This document shows positions 47,144 through 59,909 of a stretch of 64,000 nt of DNA, in pieces. Numbering within the stretch: position 1 is the stretch's first letter; every line of letters begins with the position of its first letter. The DNA comes from Bigelowiella natans CCMP2755 (Eukaryota; Protista; Cercozoa), in the NCBI GenBank assembly GCA_000320545.1, contig ADNK01000765.1:12813-76812 (forward strand). The letters run 5' to 3'. Below the pieces are notes generated by a model. That model made no database searches and was not told where the DNA came from. It saw nothing but the letters and a program-made list of their open reading frames with translations. Position numbers and translations under genes: made by a program.

Positions 47144-49010
47144 ATGGTGGACTACTCCCGCTTCGACCAGCTCTCTAAGCAGCTGGACGAGGAGGAAGTC
47201 CAGGAGAAGCAGAAGCGCCGAAATGAATCGATGCAGCGCTACTACAAGGAGCAGAAACTCAAACAGGAAGAGTGGGAGGCCAGGGTCTGTAGCTCACCAT
47301 TCAGGCTTCGATTCGGCATCGTCTCACCTTTTCCAATATAACTGTTGTTTGGTGATAGCACGGGCATAAAGATGGCCACGGTCATGCGCACGGGGGACAC
47401 TCATGTGGACATGGACATGGCGCGGAAGGAGCAGGCGATCGAAGTAGTCGTTCGAAGCAACCACCCAAGAAGCGGAGCGGGTGCATGGGCTGCGTCGCTG
47501 CTTCCGCTGACCCTTCTGCACTACAAGAGATGATGTAAGGATATTCTCCCGATTCAATTGTGACAGATCCTATCATTGTTATTATTGTTATTCTCCCACG
47601 TATTACTGTTGCGTATCTTGATTCAGAGAGGAGAGCAAGCGGATAGAAAAGGAACCCAAAGAACCAGAGATGACAATAGAGGTGAGTGTATTAATCATCA
47701 TATTTTGGCTTGGATAAAGAACTTTGTGCGATGCTCTGTATGACGAATACAACTGAAGTGCTCCACCGAAAACAAAAAATTCAAAATAGATTATTGAATG
47801 GTTGCATCAGGAGAAAAACACCAAGAAGATCAAAGCTGTAGAGGCCACAAGGATAGATGGTAAAGGCAGATACACTTCAATTCACTCTTGGTTGCAGACT
47901 GATGTTGGTAGCTTCAGGCAAAAAATTCTTCCAAAAGGGGGACTACCGAACAGCGTTACAGATTTACAACAGGGTAAAAATTGCATCTAGGCTCGCATGG
48001 CCTTCGCTAATAGCCTATCGCCCATCTGATCGTTGGCCGCATATATGTTTCTGTATCAGGGTGCTCTCATATGCAATGGGATTTATGACCTCTCCGATGA
48101 GTTGTGGACAGTGGTGCAAGAACACGAGGTGAGGGGAGGGGAGGGGAGGAGGTGAGGTGTCGCACATTCACAAATATACCACGGAGCGCGATGGGGGGGG
48201 GGGGTGAACCATCGTGTCGTACAGTTTCGATTCAACGTGTGATGTCAAGCCTAATCCACAAGGCTGGTGCTGCTGCCATGCACAGTTACACATACTACTA
48301 CAATGAAAGGTCGTTCTCGATGTGAACATAGCAACCTGTCATCTGAAGTTGAAGGAGTATCAAGAGGTGAGAAGGGGGAATCTCCTGAGCCATAGCATTG
48401 TGATAATACGTTATAAGAGAGATGGGCGCCATGGCAGTGCGTGAATGTGATCACTCTCACACGCTTACTTATTACAACCATTGCGTGTTGCTAAGCTTTG
48501 TGTTCTGCTGCTTCTTCCTGTGTATATTTTCTCAGGCTATTGAAAGATGCAAAATGGTCTTCGACTCTTCTTTCTCCCTCTCTCTCTTGCTTTTATCACC
48601 CAATCACCGCATCGCATTCCACCATTTGTCATCATTCTCTCCATAAGCATACATTCGAGGTGCATATTTGTGCAGGCTTTAGCTATTGACAAGAAGCACG
48701 TCAAGGCCCACTATAGAATGGCACAGGTGCTGCATCACACATGCTAGACAGAGGCTTGTCGCGACCATGCAAATATGAGTATATACGCATAACGTGTGAG
48801 AGAGGTATGTTGAAACCGCTCTCTCACCATCTTCCCATATGTTTTGTCGCTTTTGCTTCGATATGGTGCGTTCCGGGTCATGATTATGTCCCTCAATCCA
48901 CTTTGCAACTTCGAAAGGCCAACCTTGAACTATTGGGTAAGACAATACCGAATATATATTTACAGAACATATCTGCGTGTTTGTGTCTGCATGCGTGCGT
49001 GCATAAATGC

Positions 49011-49050
<40 letters not shown>

Positions 49051-49516
49051 TGATGAATAATACGCACGCATGGATCAAAACTCAGAGTTTGAAAATGCCG
49101 AGAAGTCCCTCGAGAAGGCCAGAGAGTGTGGGCTTCAGACGAAAACTTTGTCGGTTATGCGCAAAAAAATCACGGCAGCCAGAAAGGAGCAGAGGAAGAT
49201 AATGCGAAATTTTCAGCAGAAAATGGTCCCCTCCTCCTTCCCCATCCTTACCCAATAAATAATCCCCTTCTCCTAATCTTCTTTCGCGTTTCTACATAGT
49301 AAGAATACCTGCACATAATGCCACTTTTAACATACACTTACATAAAAGAGGCTTCCATTTCCCGTGTTGCTCTGATTTCTCCATGGCATATTATTCGCCT
49401 TTGGCTCTCCTATCAGTTTTCTCCACATCCATTTCGGAGTGACAAGCCAACATTTTTCCTAATTTTAACCCGTGAACAACTAGGCTGCAAAGCTAGCCAA
49501 TGGAGCTACTTTATGA
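47144..49516 (+). CDS. TPR co-chaperone-like protein with N-terminal MVDYSRFD motif and His/Gly-rich segment
   Basis: Exons MVDYSRFDQL.., HGHKDGHGHAHGGHSCGHGHG, GKKFFQKGDYRTALQIYNRG, AIERCKM|ALAIDKKHVKAHYRMAQ and EFENAEKSLEKA; stop 49514-49516. Confidence 0.82.
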
Positions 49517-50041
49517 AAACTAAAACGGCTTGATAGGCCATGCGATGAATGCTAGAATGTGCATGATCTAGATGATTTAGTAGCCCAACGTATTCGATTG
49601 AATATGATCAAATTATTCAGCATGCTGCCACAACAAGTCTGTTTCTATTTATGCATGTGAGTCATTGCTGTGTCTGCATGCAATGCAATGTTGCCGTATC
49701 CTCAAGAAATTATCGATGTAGAGATATGTCTACATGTGCTTTTCCCTGCGCACATTTAGAACGTCTTCTCACCAACAATAATGTAACGCTCGCGCAGCAT
49801 GCTCATGTGTATGTGCCAGCTAAACTGGGCTCGCTAATATAGTAGTATCAAGGTTTCCAGTGGCTGCCTAGCACCTCGGCTAATATAAAGGTCAAAGCGA
49901 TTGCAATGATGCATCTAGACATACGCACATCTAATAAAAATTCAAAATCCAACTGCTTTATCTAGTCATATCCAAGCTCGCCACGAGATGGTGCCGTGCC
50001 TCCATGCGCACTGAAGGCACTGCTAAGCTAGTAAGGCATAC

Positions 50042-50120
50042 TTACAGAATCTGTAAAAGGTTGCGATGTCCAGACCATTACTTAAACCGACAAAATGTGA
50101 GAGACCATTCGTCGCCTTCC

Positions 50121-50163
<43 letters not shown>

Positions 50164-50643
50164 AGGAAAATGTGAATGATCAGAACAAATAGCTCAATAA
50201 CAACAATAACCACCTCGCATGATAACACACACACCTTTAGAGTTTCTGCCATCTTCGCTATCATTCCTGTTCGGTCGTCGATGCTCTCCCCTCCCTCCTC
50301 ACCGAACCTTTTGAAAGTGTTCCTCAACTCGCGGAGTTCCACTTCCCCCAGTCCTAGACGCATCTCCATTGCACGCTCTGTCGTGTCAGATAAACCGAGG
50401 TATTTCTGCGAAGAATCTTCTTCGTTATTCTCCTTGTAGCAGAGCAAGAGGAAGGCATTTCCTGTCGATGATTGATGAACAAACAGAGGCCTCTCAAGAA
50501 CCGTGCATTCAAAATAAACGCAGACATCAGCGCGGCCCCTTTCGGTGAAGATGGGGGGGGATGGGGGCATGCCAGGAGGAAGAAGCCGAAAGTATAGCAT
50601 AATTTATATCTTCAAAAGATATCTCTATATTTATACATCATTA

Positions 50644-50685
<42 letters not shown>

Positions 50686-53041
50686 TGTGTGTGTGTGCGT
50701 GTGTGTGTGCTATGTCGTACCACTTCTATAGTTGCTTTCCACGGTCACGATGTACACCTTATCAAATGCCTGTGATAGGATTCGGAAACAACGATGTTGG
50801 CTTCGACAAAGGTCAAAACAGCTACGATGGCGGCGGCTTTTGCCACTTACTTTCACCGCATTATACGCACACATGCAGCAGCTGGAATAAGCAGGTGGGT
50901 GAATACCACACACTATTCCAACCCTCCCCCCCCCCCCCCCCCTTCACCTCAACTGCCTTACGCAGGCACTCGCTCTTATGAGCCGGCGGTCCAACCATGT
51001 TGATGATAGCACATGCTGACCATTGAAGGAGGGGGGGGAAGAACAGAGCATCGATGAGGAAATCACTCTTCGGCGCCACTACGGCTGTATTGCTCACAAC
51101 ACGATCAATCCCACCAAAATGCGACCATCTCACCTTCTCTGTCGTCCCTCATCGCACGCCGGAAGCATGTGAAGTCGTCGAGGCCCTGATGGTTTCCGTA
51201 GTCGTAACAATCAATCAAGCGGCATCTTAGCTCAACTATGAACGAGTGTGGTGTAGGGCGCCTTCAGCAGGTGTCTCAGCGAGCAGGTGATCAACCATAA
51301 AGATGTGGGACCAGGCGGGATATTATTCAAATCGTTGCTTACTACTTTGGGAGGTGCTACGCCGTCTGCGAACGCATCATTAACTGGGGAAGATACGAAG
51401 AAGAAGAAGGAGAAGAAGAAGAAGAAGGAGAAGAAGAAGAAGAAGGAGAAGAAGAAGAAGAGGAAGAAGAAGAAAAGCGGGTGCATTGCAGAGATGAGCA
51501 CGTGCTTGGAGAGCACCAACAGAACAACGACTAACATTGACATCTATGTCATTTCTGCGGTCGCGGTGACGGGTGGGAGGTGTTGATTCCTACTTAATAC
51601 GTCAAACTTCGGAGCTGAGGAGGCACGATGATGAAGTTTTTCCTCAAGACACCCATTCTTGTTATCGAGTCCTCTTGATGATGATGATGATGATGATGAC
51701 GACGATGACGACGATGGCGATGACGACACGTATTCTGAACAAAAACGACAATTATTGATCATCACTCCTTACGACACCGTGCCTCCCCTCCTCCATTTCA
51801 GAATCATCATCGTCCATGATCATCATCCATCATTGTATCCAGAAAGCATTTGAGTGGAATGCTTGGGGGATGGCAGTTGCTTGTGCAGCACACGCATCAG
51901 TCGTTGTTACCTAGCAATGCTGCTCCATCTCCTTTAAGAAATAATGGCTCGTGTCTCCCAACACTACCAGCAGACGTAGCAAATGCTTCTTCGACTCCTA
52001 ATTATCACGAGCGTGCACACACAAACACACACACACACATAACTATATATTCATTCTACAAAATTAATATAGCAGGCCACTACATCTTCCCAAGAGACAC
52101 AACACACAGTTTCTATGATGATGAGCACAATCATGGCCATCCATGGACAATTCGGCAAAAACAGTGATCCGGCGTTGTGGTTGAGGAAGCCAACAATAAC
52201 GATAATAATGGTAGTCACAAAATGCATGTTAAGTAGCATCTTCCTACCAACCAACATCGGCAGGTATAGATACCATAACTACTACTTATTCGCTACTACT
52301 TGGTACACTATTACTACTACTACTACCACCCTCTATATAGTCTGGTAGTCCAAAAAACTGCGAACCAGCATCAAGAACCTGATGAATTATGGTGATGATG
52401 ATGATGATGGCTCTGATTGATGATATCCCTCAGTGAACGGCAGCAGCAATTCTACCACTACTAATGGTGATGATGATGATCTTATACTGTCATCGCATAC
52501 ATCGACCACCATCACTCGCTCATCCATCTTCCCAATCATAGTCAAACATGGATATTGTCATCGTTTATCATTATCATCATCATCATCATCATTATCAGCA
52601 GTAGCAGCAGCAGTAGCAAATTGACCTCCTTTTCCAATTCCACGGCCAGAATCTGAGTGTTTGTTGGTGGTGGTGCTGCTGCTGCTGACACCGCCGGCGG
52701 CCTCATCATCCTGGCAAGGAACATCGGTACTGCACCTGTGGGAAAGGTAACGAATACGTACCAAGTGGCGAGGAGAGGGGGGGGGAGAAAAGCATTCACC
52801 AAAAATGGTCGCTGTTCACTATTTAGAGTGTCTTTGTTCGTCGTCTTCGCCTCTATGATTTCCTTCACCCACCTGTGCCGGCTCCTAGCACACCGACAGT
52901 GACGCTGTTTGATTGGCTCACAGCGCCCTCCCCATCGTCTTTTTTGTCCTTCGTCTTCTTCTTCGTCGTCTCCTCGCGGAGCAGATGTCCCAGCGTAATC
53001 CAACTCATCGCTGAAACAACAGCGGTCAGGCTATTATTTGA

Positions 53042-53084
<43 letters not shown>

Positions 53085-54033
53085 ATACTCCATTTCAACA
53101 TTATATGGGGAGGGAGGTTCTGCTGCATACATCACTGTTGCTGGTGCTGGTACCTTTGTGTATGGGCATCGGAACTTTGGTATGCTCTGGTAGTAGTAGT
53201 AATAGTAGTAGTAGTAGTAGTAGGAAGAAAAAGAAGAAGACCACCAACACATCGCAGTAAGAGGTGTGGCAACTCACATTCAATCAATCATGAGTCCCCC
53301 CTCCACACACAATATAAAGCACAATAAGCGGCAGCGATTGATTAGCCAACTCGTCCACTTACCAGGGGCACCGGTGATCGGGTTAATGATGGCTTCGGTT
53401 TGTGACAGCCCAGGACTTGAATGGAAACTCAATGTACGAATGATCGTCCCCCCCTTCCCACCCCCTTGCCCTGATGCTTCTTCACTGTCCTCTCCCGGAA
53501 CGTGCTCGTGGATGTGATCCAGCACCTTGAAGCTATCAGTCTCGAGCAGAAGCTCAGTGCGGTTTTGTGAGAAGAATTCTGAGAGGAGGCCTGCGGTGAG
53601 GCTCTCGTCGATTTCAGATAGAAACTCCACGGCTTTTGGATAGCTGAGCAGGAGTGGGGAAGAGAGAGAGGAAGGGAGGAGGAGGGGGGGTTAGATTGTG
53701 TGTCCTCTATTTAAGCGATAGGCGGCGGCAGCGACACAGTTGAAACAAAATTTGGATCGTCTTATCTTTTCTTTTCTTTCTTCTCCAAAAACTCTGGCTT
53801 CAAGTAGCACGTAAAAGTGAAAGAGGATGCTGAAAACCACCTGTGCTCCCCCCCGTGCTGGTGCACGAGGTGAACGGCTAAGTCTCGTTTTATCTCTTCT
53901 GCTGTCACAACTGAGTCGGTGCTGGAGGAGCTTGTTTCACGTCCGAGCAGCTCGATTCCCTCGCATCTGCTGCTTTCGGCCTATTGGTTTAATGAAGAAA
54001 TGTTGACGAAGATGAGGTAGGTAGGTAGGTAGA

Positions 54034-54066
<33 letters not shown>

Positions 54067-54094
54067 AACAAGTAGCATATCTTTGTTGTCATAA

Positions 54095-54134
<40 letters not shown>

Positions 54135-55168
54135 GTAGTGCGGATGCCACAGCAGCGTGGATACAGCTACTACCTGCCACTCATGTCGAGAAATCAGTGA
54201 TCCAGGCCAGAATGGATATGTGCTGCGAACGCGCGCATACCGAGGGCATTAGTGATAAAATGATGTCAATAGATAGTATCACACTAGATTCTTTGCATTG
54301 CTATCACCTGCACGTTGTCGGACGCACTGGATGAATGAGACATTTGTTGTCCACAGACAAGAACAAACACTGTTCGCTCCCATCCATGTCAGTTCTCTTT
54401 AGGCGATACCTTTGGTTCAGAAGTAACATATATGCTACGTCATCACACCCCGAGACTCATAAATACAAAATAATCGGAAAAGTAGGAGGAGGAGGAGGAG
54501 GAGGAGGAAGCACCCACCCTTCAATCCCAGATTTCTCCTCCTTGCTTTCACAAAAATTCTTCACAAATTCAGATAGATCAATTTGAAGGTATTTAGCGAT
54601 TCTAAGCCCTTCTGACTTGTTCAACCAGACTTTATTCCGACGCCCCTACAAAAACCACCAGCAGCAGCACCACCACCAGCAGCAGCACCACCACCAGCAG
54701 CAGCACAAGGAGTAGGAAGACGAAGAGGCAGCAGCCACCAGGAGGGCACGATGAGTGATGATAACTCATGTTAGCATTCAATCCCAAACTGGAATGTGGG
54801 TATAGATAAGAACATCTCATTAAGTTTCGCTCACCCTGCAGCATTGGCCGCACTCGGTGCATTTAAATTTAAGGCCATCGCGGAACCACGGACTGTTGTT
54901 TTCGCCTGCTGGATCCTGCGCCGTTGCAGTTTCTACCATTTACCGTACCAAAAGGTTGTAAGAATGACATTCGAACATTCGAATCAGATCAAATCATTTG
55001 TCAGCTGAACTGAAGAAGCCACAAGCGATAGTTATTACCCGTAGTTGATGATGATGATGAAAGCTCCCGAACCGAATGATGTCTACATCTAATCGCTGCA
55101 CGACGGATTGAGTTTGACCGCCTTATTCCTTCCCGTATCACATGCTTCATGACCACAAGTCTGCGCAT
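50042..55168 (-). CDS. YkgJ-family (CxxCxxCC) cysteine-cluster domain fused to a spermidine-synthase-like/METTL13-C-type SAM methyltransferase domain
   Basis: PWFRDGLKFKCTECGQCCR, CLFLSVDNKCLIHPVRPTTC, TYPFWP, RCEGI; then RTLSFHSSPGLSQTEA, VGVLGAGTG|AVPMFL, ILAVELEKEV. Arg/Ser-rich N-terminus from ATG 55168; stop 50042-50044. Confidence 0.72.
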
Positions 55169-55640
55169 CGAGAGTAGGGCAAGGTAATTTTAAGAAACGG
55201 GGATTAGTGTGGAAGGGGACGGGTTTTACCTATACGCGCTGTGCCCCCTCGGCGAACGCTCCCGGATGAATCAAGACTTATTTTTTCTGAACATGAAAAT
55301 GTATGAGACGCAGCACATTCCATTTTTGCCATACGACAATCGTTTTCGTTCTAACGCAGGAAAAAAACCATCGGTAGTTTCGGAACCGTAAAAGAGATCA
55401 TTCCCTCCCCGCAGATCTTCCGTTTTGAATTGGTTGGCATTTTGTGCACGTTGGCGTTTGAACGGAGCACGGAGGGAAATACTTTTTCGCGACAAGAATA
55501 TATGCGAAGTCTCAGGGACTGAATTGCATGCCTTCTCCTGTTGGCGAAACAACAGTCTGGCAACAACATCCTCCGTCCCTTCGCACATAAGCGAACGCGC
55601 AACCCGAACGAGAGGAAGGAACAGCACCTTGAGCTCAATA

Positions 55641-56392
55641 ATGGAGAACCTCTTCCTGAAGATTGTTGCCGGAGAGATCCCATCGCACAAAGTGTACGAA
55701 AACGACCTGGTCTATGCCTTTCTGGACATAAACCCGCTCTCACCCGGCCACACACTCGTCATTCCGAAGGTGGCACCTGCTTTCACGATTATGGAATCTG
55801 AACTGGACTGTGTGTGTGTGTGTGCGCGATGATGATGATGATGATGATGATGATAATGATGATGATAATGATGATGATGTGTATTGAATTGAAACAACGA
55901 CGGTGTTGTACTACTTCATCATAGAAGAAGTACAAAACCCTGGATGAAGTTCCTGAGGAAACAGCCGCGGCACTCGGAGCAGCTCTGCCTAAGATTGCAA
56001 AAGCAATCATGAAGGTCATATATTAATTGGCTCGAAGAATACGCTCTGTTCTAAATAAAAATTGCAAACTTAAAAGGCAACGGAGTGCAAAAACTACAAT
56101 ATTCTTCAGGTTAGTGTTGCAGATGACCTTGCAATCCAACACTTCCTTCCAATCTTTACTTGATGCTCATGCCATCGCAGAACAACGGGAAAATTGCACA
56201 TCAAGAAGTACCCCACGTGCATTTCCATATCATTCCAAAGCCAAGCAAAGATCAGGGCCTAGGAGTGGGATGGTACAGATCATTTTTACTCTATGTTGTA
56301 TTTCCACATGTTGAAGCAAGAATTATTAAAGGCCGAGTAAGAAGCTGCAAAACGGGGAGGAGCTTGCGAAAATGATTACAGCTGCGTTGTAA
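55641..56392 (+). CDS. HIT-family (HINT-like) nucleotide hydrolase, 5 exons
   Basis: [40 protein letters not shown] ... YNILQ|[19 protein letters not shown] (HxHxH); stop 56390-56392. An upstream in-frame extension is possible. Confidence 0.93.
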
Positions 56393-56732
56393 TCTGACTT
56401 GTCAGCAAGAAGCAAGCAACCTCGTAACAGTCAGACAGTGCAAACGACTTCGAAGATATTGCAGGAATCAACAGGCTATATCTAGCGAAGACTAACAAAA
56501 AAATAGTTTTATGCAGAATGAGCAAATGCCGATAATTGCTTGCTCAAGTCAGAATCAGTGACACATTGTACCAGTCATATACATGCAAAACTTTCATATC
56601 TAGTAGATTCGTGAAATCCGTAATAGTGAGGTGTACTACGCTAATAAGCTGCCACGATGATGAACACGCGTGTGTGTTGATGATCTGTGTGACGGAGTTA
56701 TCGTATTGTATCATGCAGCAGCGCTAAATAGG

Positions 56733-56767
<35 letters not shown>

Positions 56768-56825
56768 TATACATGTGTACATGTACATACACATGTATAC
56801 ATGCATACAATATATATGTATGCAT

Positions 56826-57144
56826 AGGCATCCTGAAGGACATGGATCATCTCCTGCAATGTCCAACATATAGTCAACAACAAATCAGATTGCGCAATCA
56901 AATGAGCGCAATCATGAATCGCAACGACGAGACGAACCGGCTAACAAATAGGCTGAAAAAGATTCAAGAACTGTTGCGCGCAGCGCGCGACAACATCGGT
57001 CGCACGAGCTAGGACGCTTTCAAATGCATGAAGCACGTGGTGGCAGAAAGCAACAGACACAACATTAGCGCTGTAGCCGCTGCATTGCACAGCTACATCA
57101 GGATGACCATTGAAAAAATTTGATTGTTCATCACATCCGTCTCA
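56826..57144 (+). mobile_element. LINE 3' fragment (subfamily A) inserted in a partly converted (TA)n array
   Basis: Aligns to 38299-38610 with TA and CTAG insertions at 56949 and 57009. Confidence 0.92.
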
Positions 57145-57432
57145 CATGTGCTCACATGCTGCTTGTGCATTGGATGAGAGACGAACGCAATGAACATGTT
57201 ATTTTTTTAAAATTGTAATGAGATAGCGATTTATTCATGTTGTACATGTGCTTCTTGCAAGCTAGTCATGGCATGGGCAGGTTGCGCATGCCACGTGCCC
57301 ACACCTAGATTGTGACAGCATGCGTTATTTGCACATGTCAAATGCTGCGGCAGCAAACAAGCAAACATGAATGCTGGTGCCATGTCAAGAACTTCATCCT
57401 ACATGACAACAGACGGCGGGCGCTACGGATAT

Positions 57433-57480
57433 ATGAGACGGATGTAATAAATTGCTTTTAAAAAATCTCGATCGTCATGT
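57433..57480 (-). mobile_element. Short degenerate LINE 3' terminus
   Basis: atatgagacggatgtaataaatt... Confidence 0.65.
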
Positions 57481-57878
57481 AGTGCCCATTGCTAAATTGC
57501 TAGATTGGTTGCAGGATTTTTGTTTACATCGATGTTGATAGGAGCGCGTTGCGGCGTCATATTCATTTACAATAATATTGCATCGGCTAGCATTGGTCCT
57601 CTTTAACAAGAACTTATATTGGCACAGTGACGCAGGAGAAACAAAAAGTAGATTGAGTATTGCCTAATGAATGAATTTCAACAAAAATGATGCAAGGATC
57701 AGAAGCGGCTGGGCTCGCTCATGCCTCGATCTTTACGGAAGGCTCTGCGCGTTCTGGTGCAACAGCACAAGTTTTTTAGTGCAAGGGGGCATTTTGCCAC
57801 TTTCCAGATTTTGGGAATGTGAAAAAAAAAACAGGGCGCGGTACAGCACCGAACAATTCTTAGTCTCTTGGATATCAG

Positions 57879-58559
57879 CTAGAAAGGCATTCCGAACTGC
57901 TCTCCGCCTTTTTCCGCTGCAATGAGGTTCGATCGAAGGCCTCGCACCTGAGAGAAAACAGACAAATCTCCTCGCGTATGTTTTGTGCTTTGAGATGGAC
58001 AAAGTGATGAATGATTTAAGAGGGAGGGTTCAACTGGGGAGGGGAACCACGCACCTCTGCGCCCTCATCGTGAAGATTAAAGAATAGCAACATTAACGGA
58101 TGCTGATTGATAGCGCGACAGAATTCCTTGGGAAATAGCAAAGAACAACAAACCCAGGCCGGACAGCGTCAAATATTGAATACACGAAAAGACTCAATAA
58201 TAGTAAGAACATCATTGGTGGAGAACGATTGACTGCCAAGCTAACGTTGGGGGGGTGGGTTCAGCTTGCTACTCACTATCTGCTACTGTTGGTGTTGCTA
58301 CGGTTTATTATTCAATCCTGCACCTGAGGCGACAGTTTGAACTTTAAGGTCCGAAACCGATGCCTGCCATTAGCGAAGATGAGGAGAAGAGTACGGTGAG
58401 GGTGAGGGCAAAGGGAGCAAAGAGAGAGAGAGAGGAATAAGATATCTCACCTCTCCATGAATGCTCGTCTTTTCGTCGAATCTAAAAGGAGTAGCGAACA
58501 AAACACAACATTGAACTTGGAACAGTTCCCATATATTATCAACAATATATGTATATATC

Positions 58560-58601
<42 letters not shown>

Positions 58602-58848
58602 AATGACGACTTTCTGTGGTGATGTGAGTTATTTGCATATGGGGCAAGGGGGGGGAGCGACAAGAAAGAGGGATGCAGGATATCATCATCCTCACGCTGG
58701 TAGTGTGCCGTCCGTTTTGGAGGTGTGCGAGATTTCTTGTTCGATGGCATTCCATAAGTAGTAGTAGTAGTAGTAGTAGCACTCTTTATCTCCACGTCGA
58801 GATTCGTGTGCATAGAGCTATATCTCGCTGTAATGGAAGACCTGAAAG

Positions 58849-58888
<40 letters not shown>

Positions 58889-59091
58889 ATACACCCAAGA
58901 TGTGATGATTATCTGTTTGCTACTTCTTATGTTGGGAGGGAAAATACTGGTGACTACCATCTGCCGCCCCCTCTGTCTTCTTCTTCTCCTCCCTGTCCTG
59001 CCGCTGATTCTCGGTGATCGTCTCTCCTGTTGTCATCCTTCTTGACGAGGGCAAATTCGAACATCGCTTCTACGAATTTCTCAATCTGCAG

Positions 59092-59136
<45 letters not shown>

Positions 59137-59701
59137 GAGGAGCCGTTTCACAGCAGTGGGTAGCAGAGACACGAACAGTATAAGCAACAAAATGACCAAC
59201 GCAGCAGTAGCAGCAAATGACGACATGAGATACTAATGTGATGTCGTTATGATGTATGCATGTATGTATGTATGCATGCATGCATGCCCCACTTGTTGAT
59301 CCTCTGAGGCAGGATTACGGCCGTTGTACAAACGGTGTATTATCTTCAGCGCCTTCATCAAGTCTAATCTTGATACGAGACTGAGCACATTTCATTGGGG
59401 GAAGGGGACGAGGAGACGGAGGAGGAGGAGGAGGAGAGGGCGATGAAACAATCACTCAGCTACCCCCCGCTTTTTGAAAGCTGCAGTTTTGACATTGGTG
59501 ATAGTGTTTTGACGGGAGAATTGATAACAATACAGCGTGCCACGCACCCATCTGCATCCATGTCGCAAAACTCGAACGCCAATCGCTTTCGCATATCCTG
59601 TATGGTGAGCAGCAAAGATCGATCACCAAATTGCCTCTTTCAACAAGCATGCATGCGTGCCAGGAATGAGGCTATGTCTGCGCCGTAACTACCCGCATTA
59701 T

Positions 59702-59735
<34 letters not shown>

Positions 59736-59877
59736 TTTATTATCGTAACCAACGCAGTAGATGATATATTACTACTGCTATTGCTACTACCGGATCTGCG
59801 CTTGTCAGGACGAAGATACCGAACAAATACTGCTCGAAATTTACCTTGACAGGGATTATCGGAACGACGATGACGGC

Positions 59878-59909
<32 letters not shown>

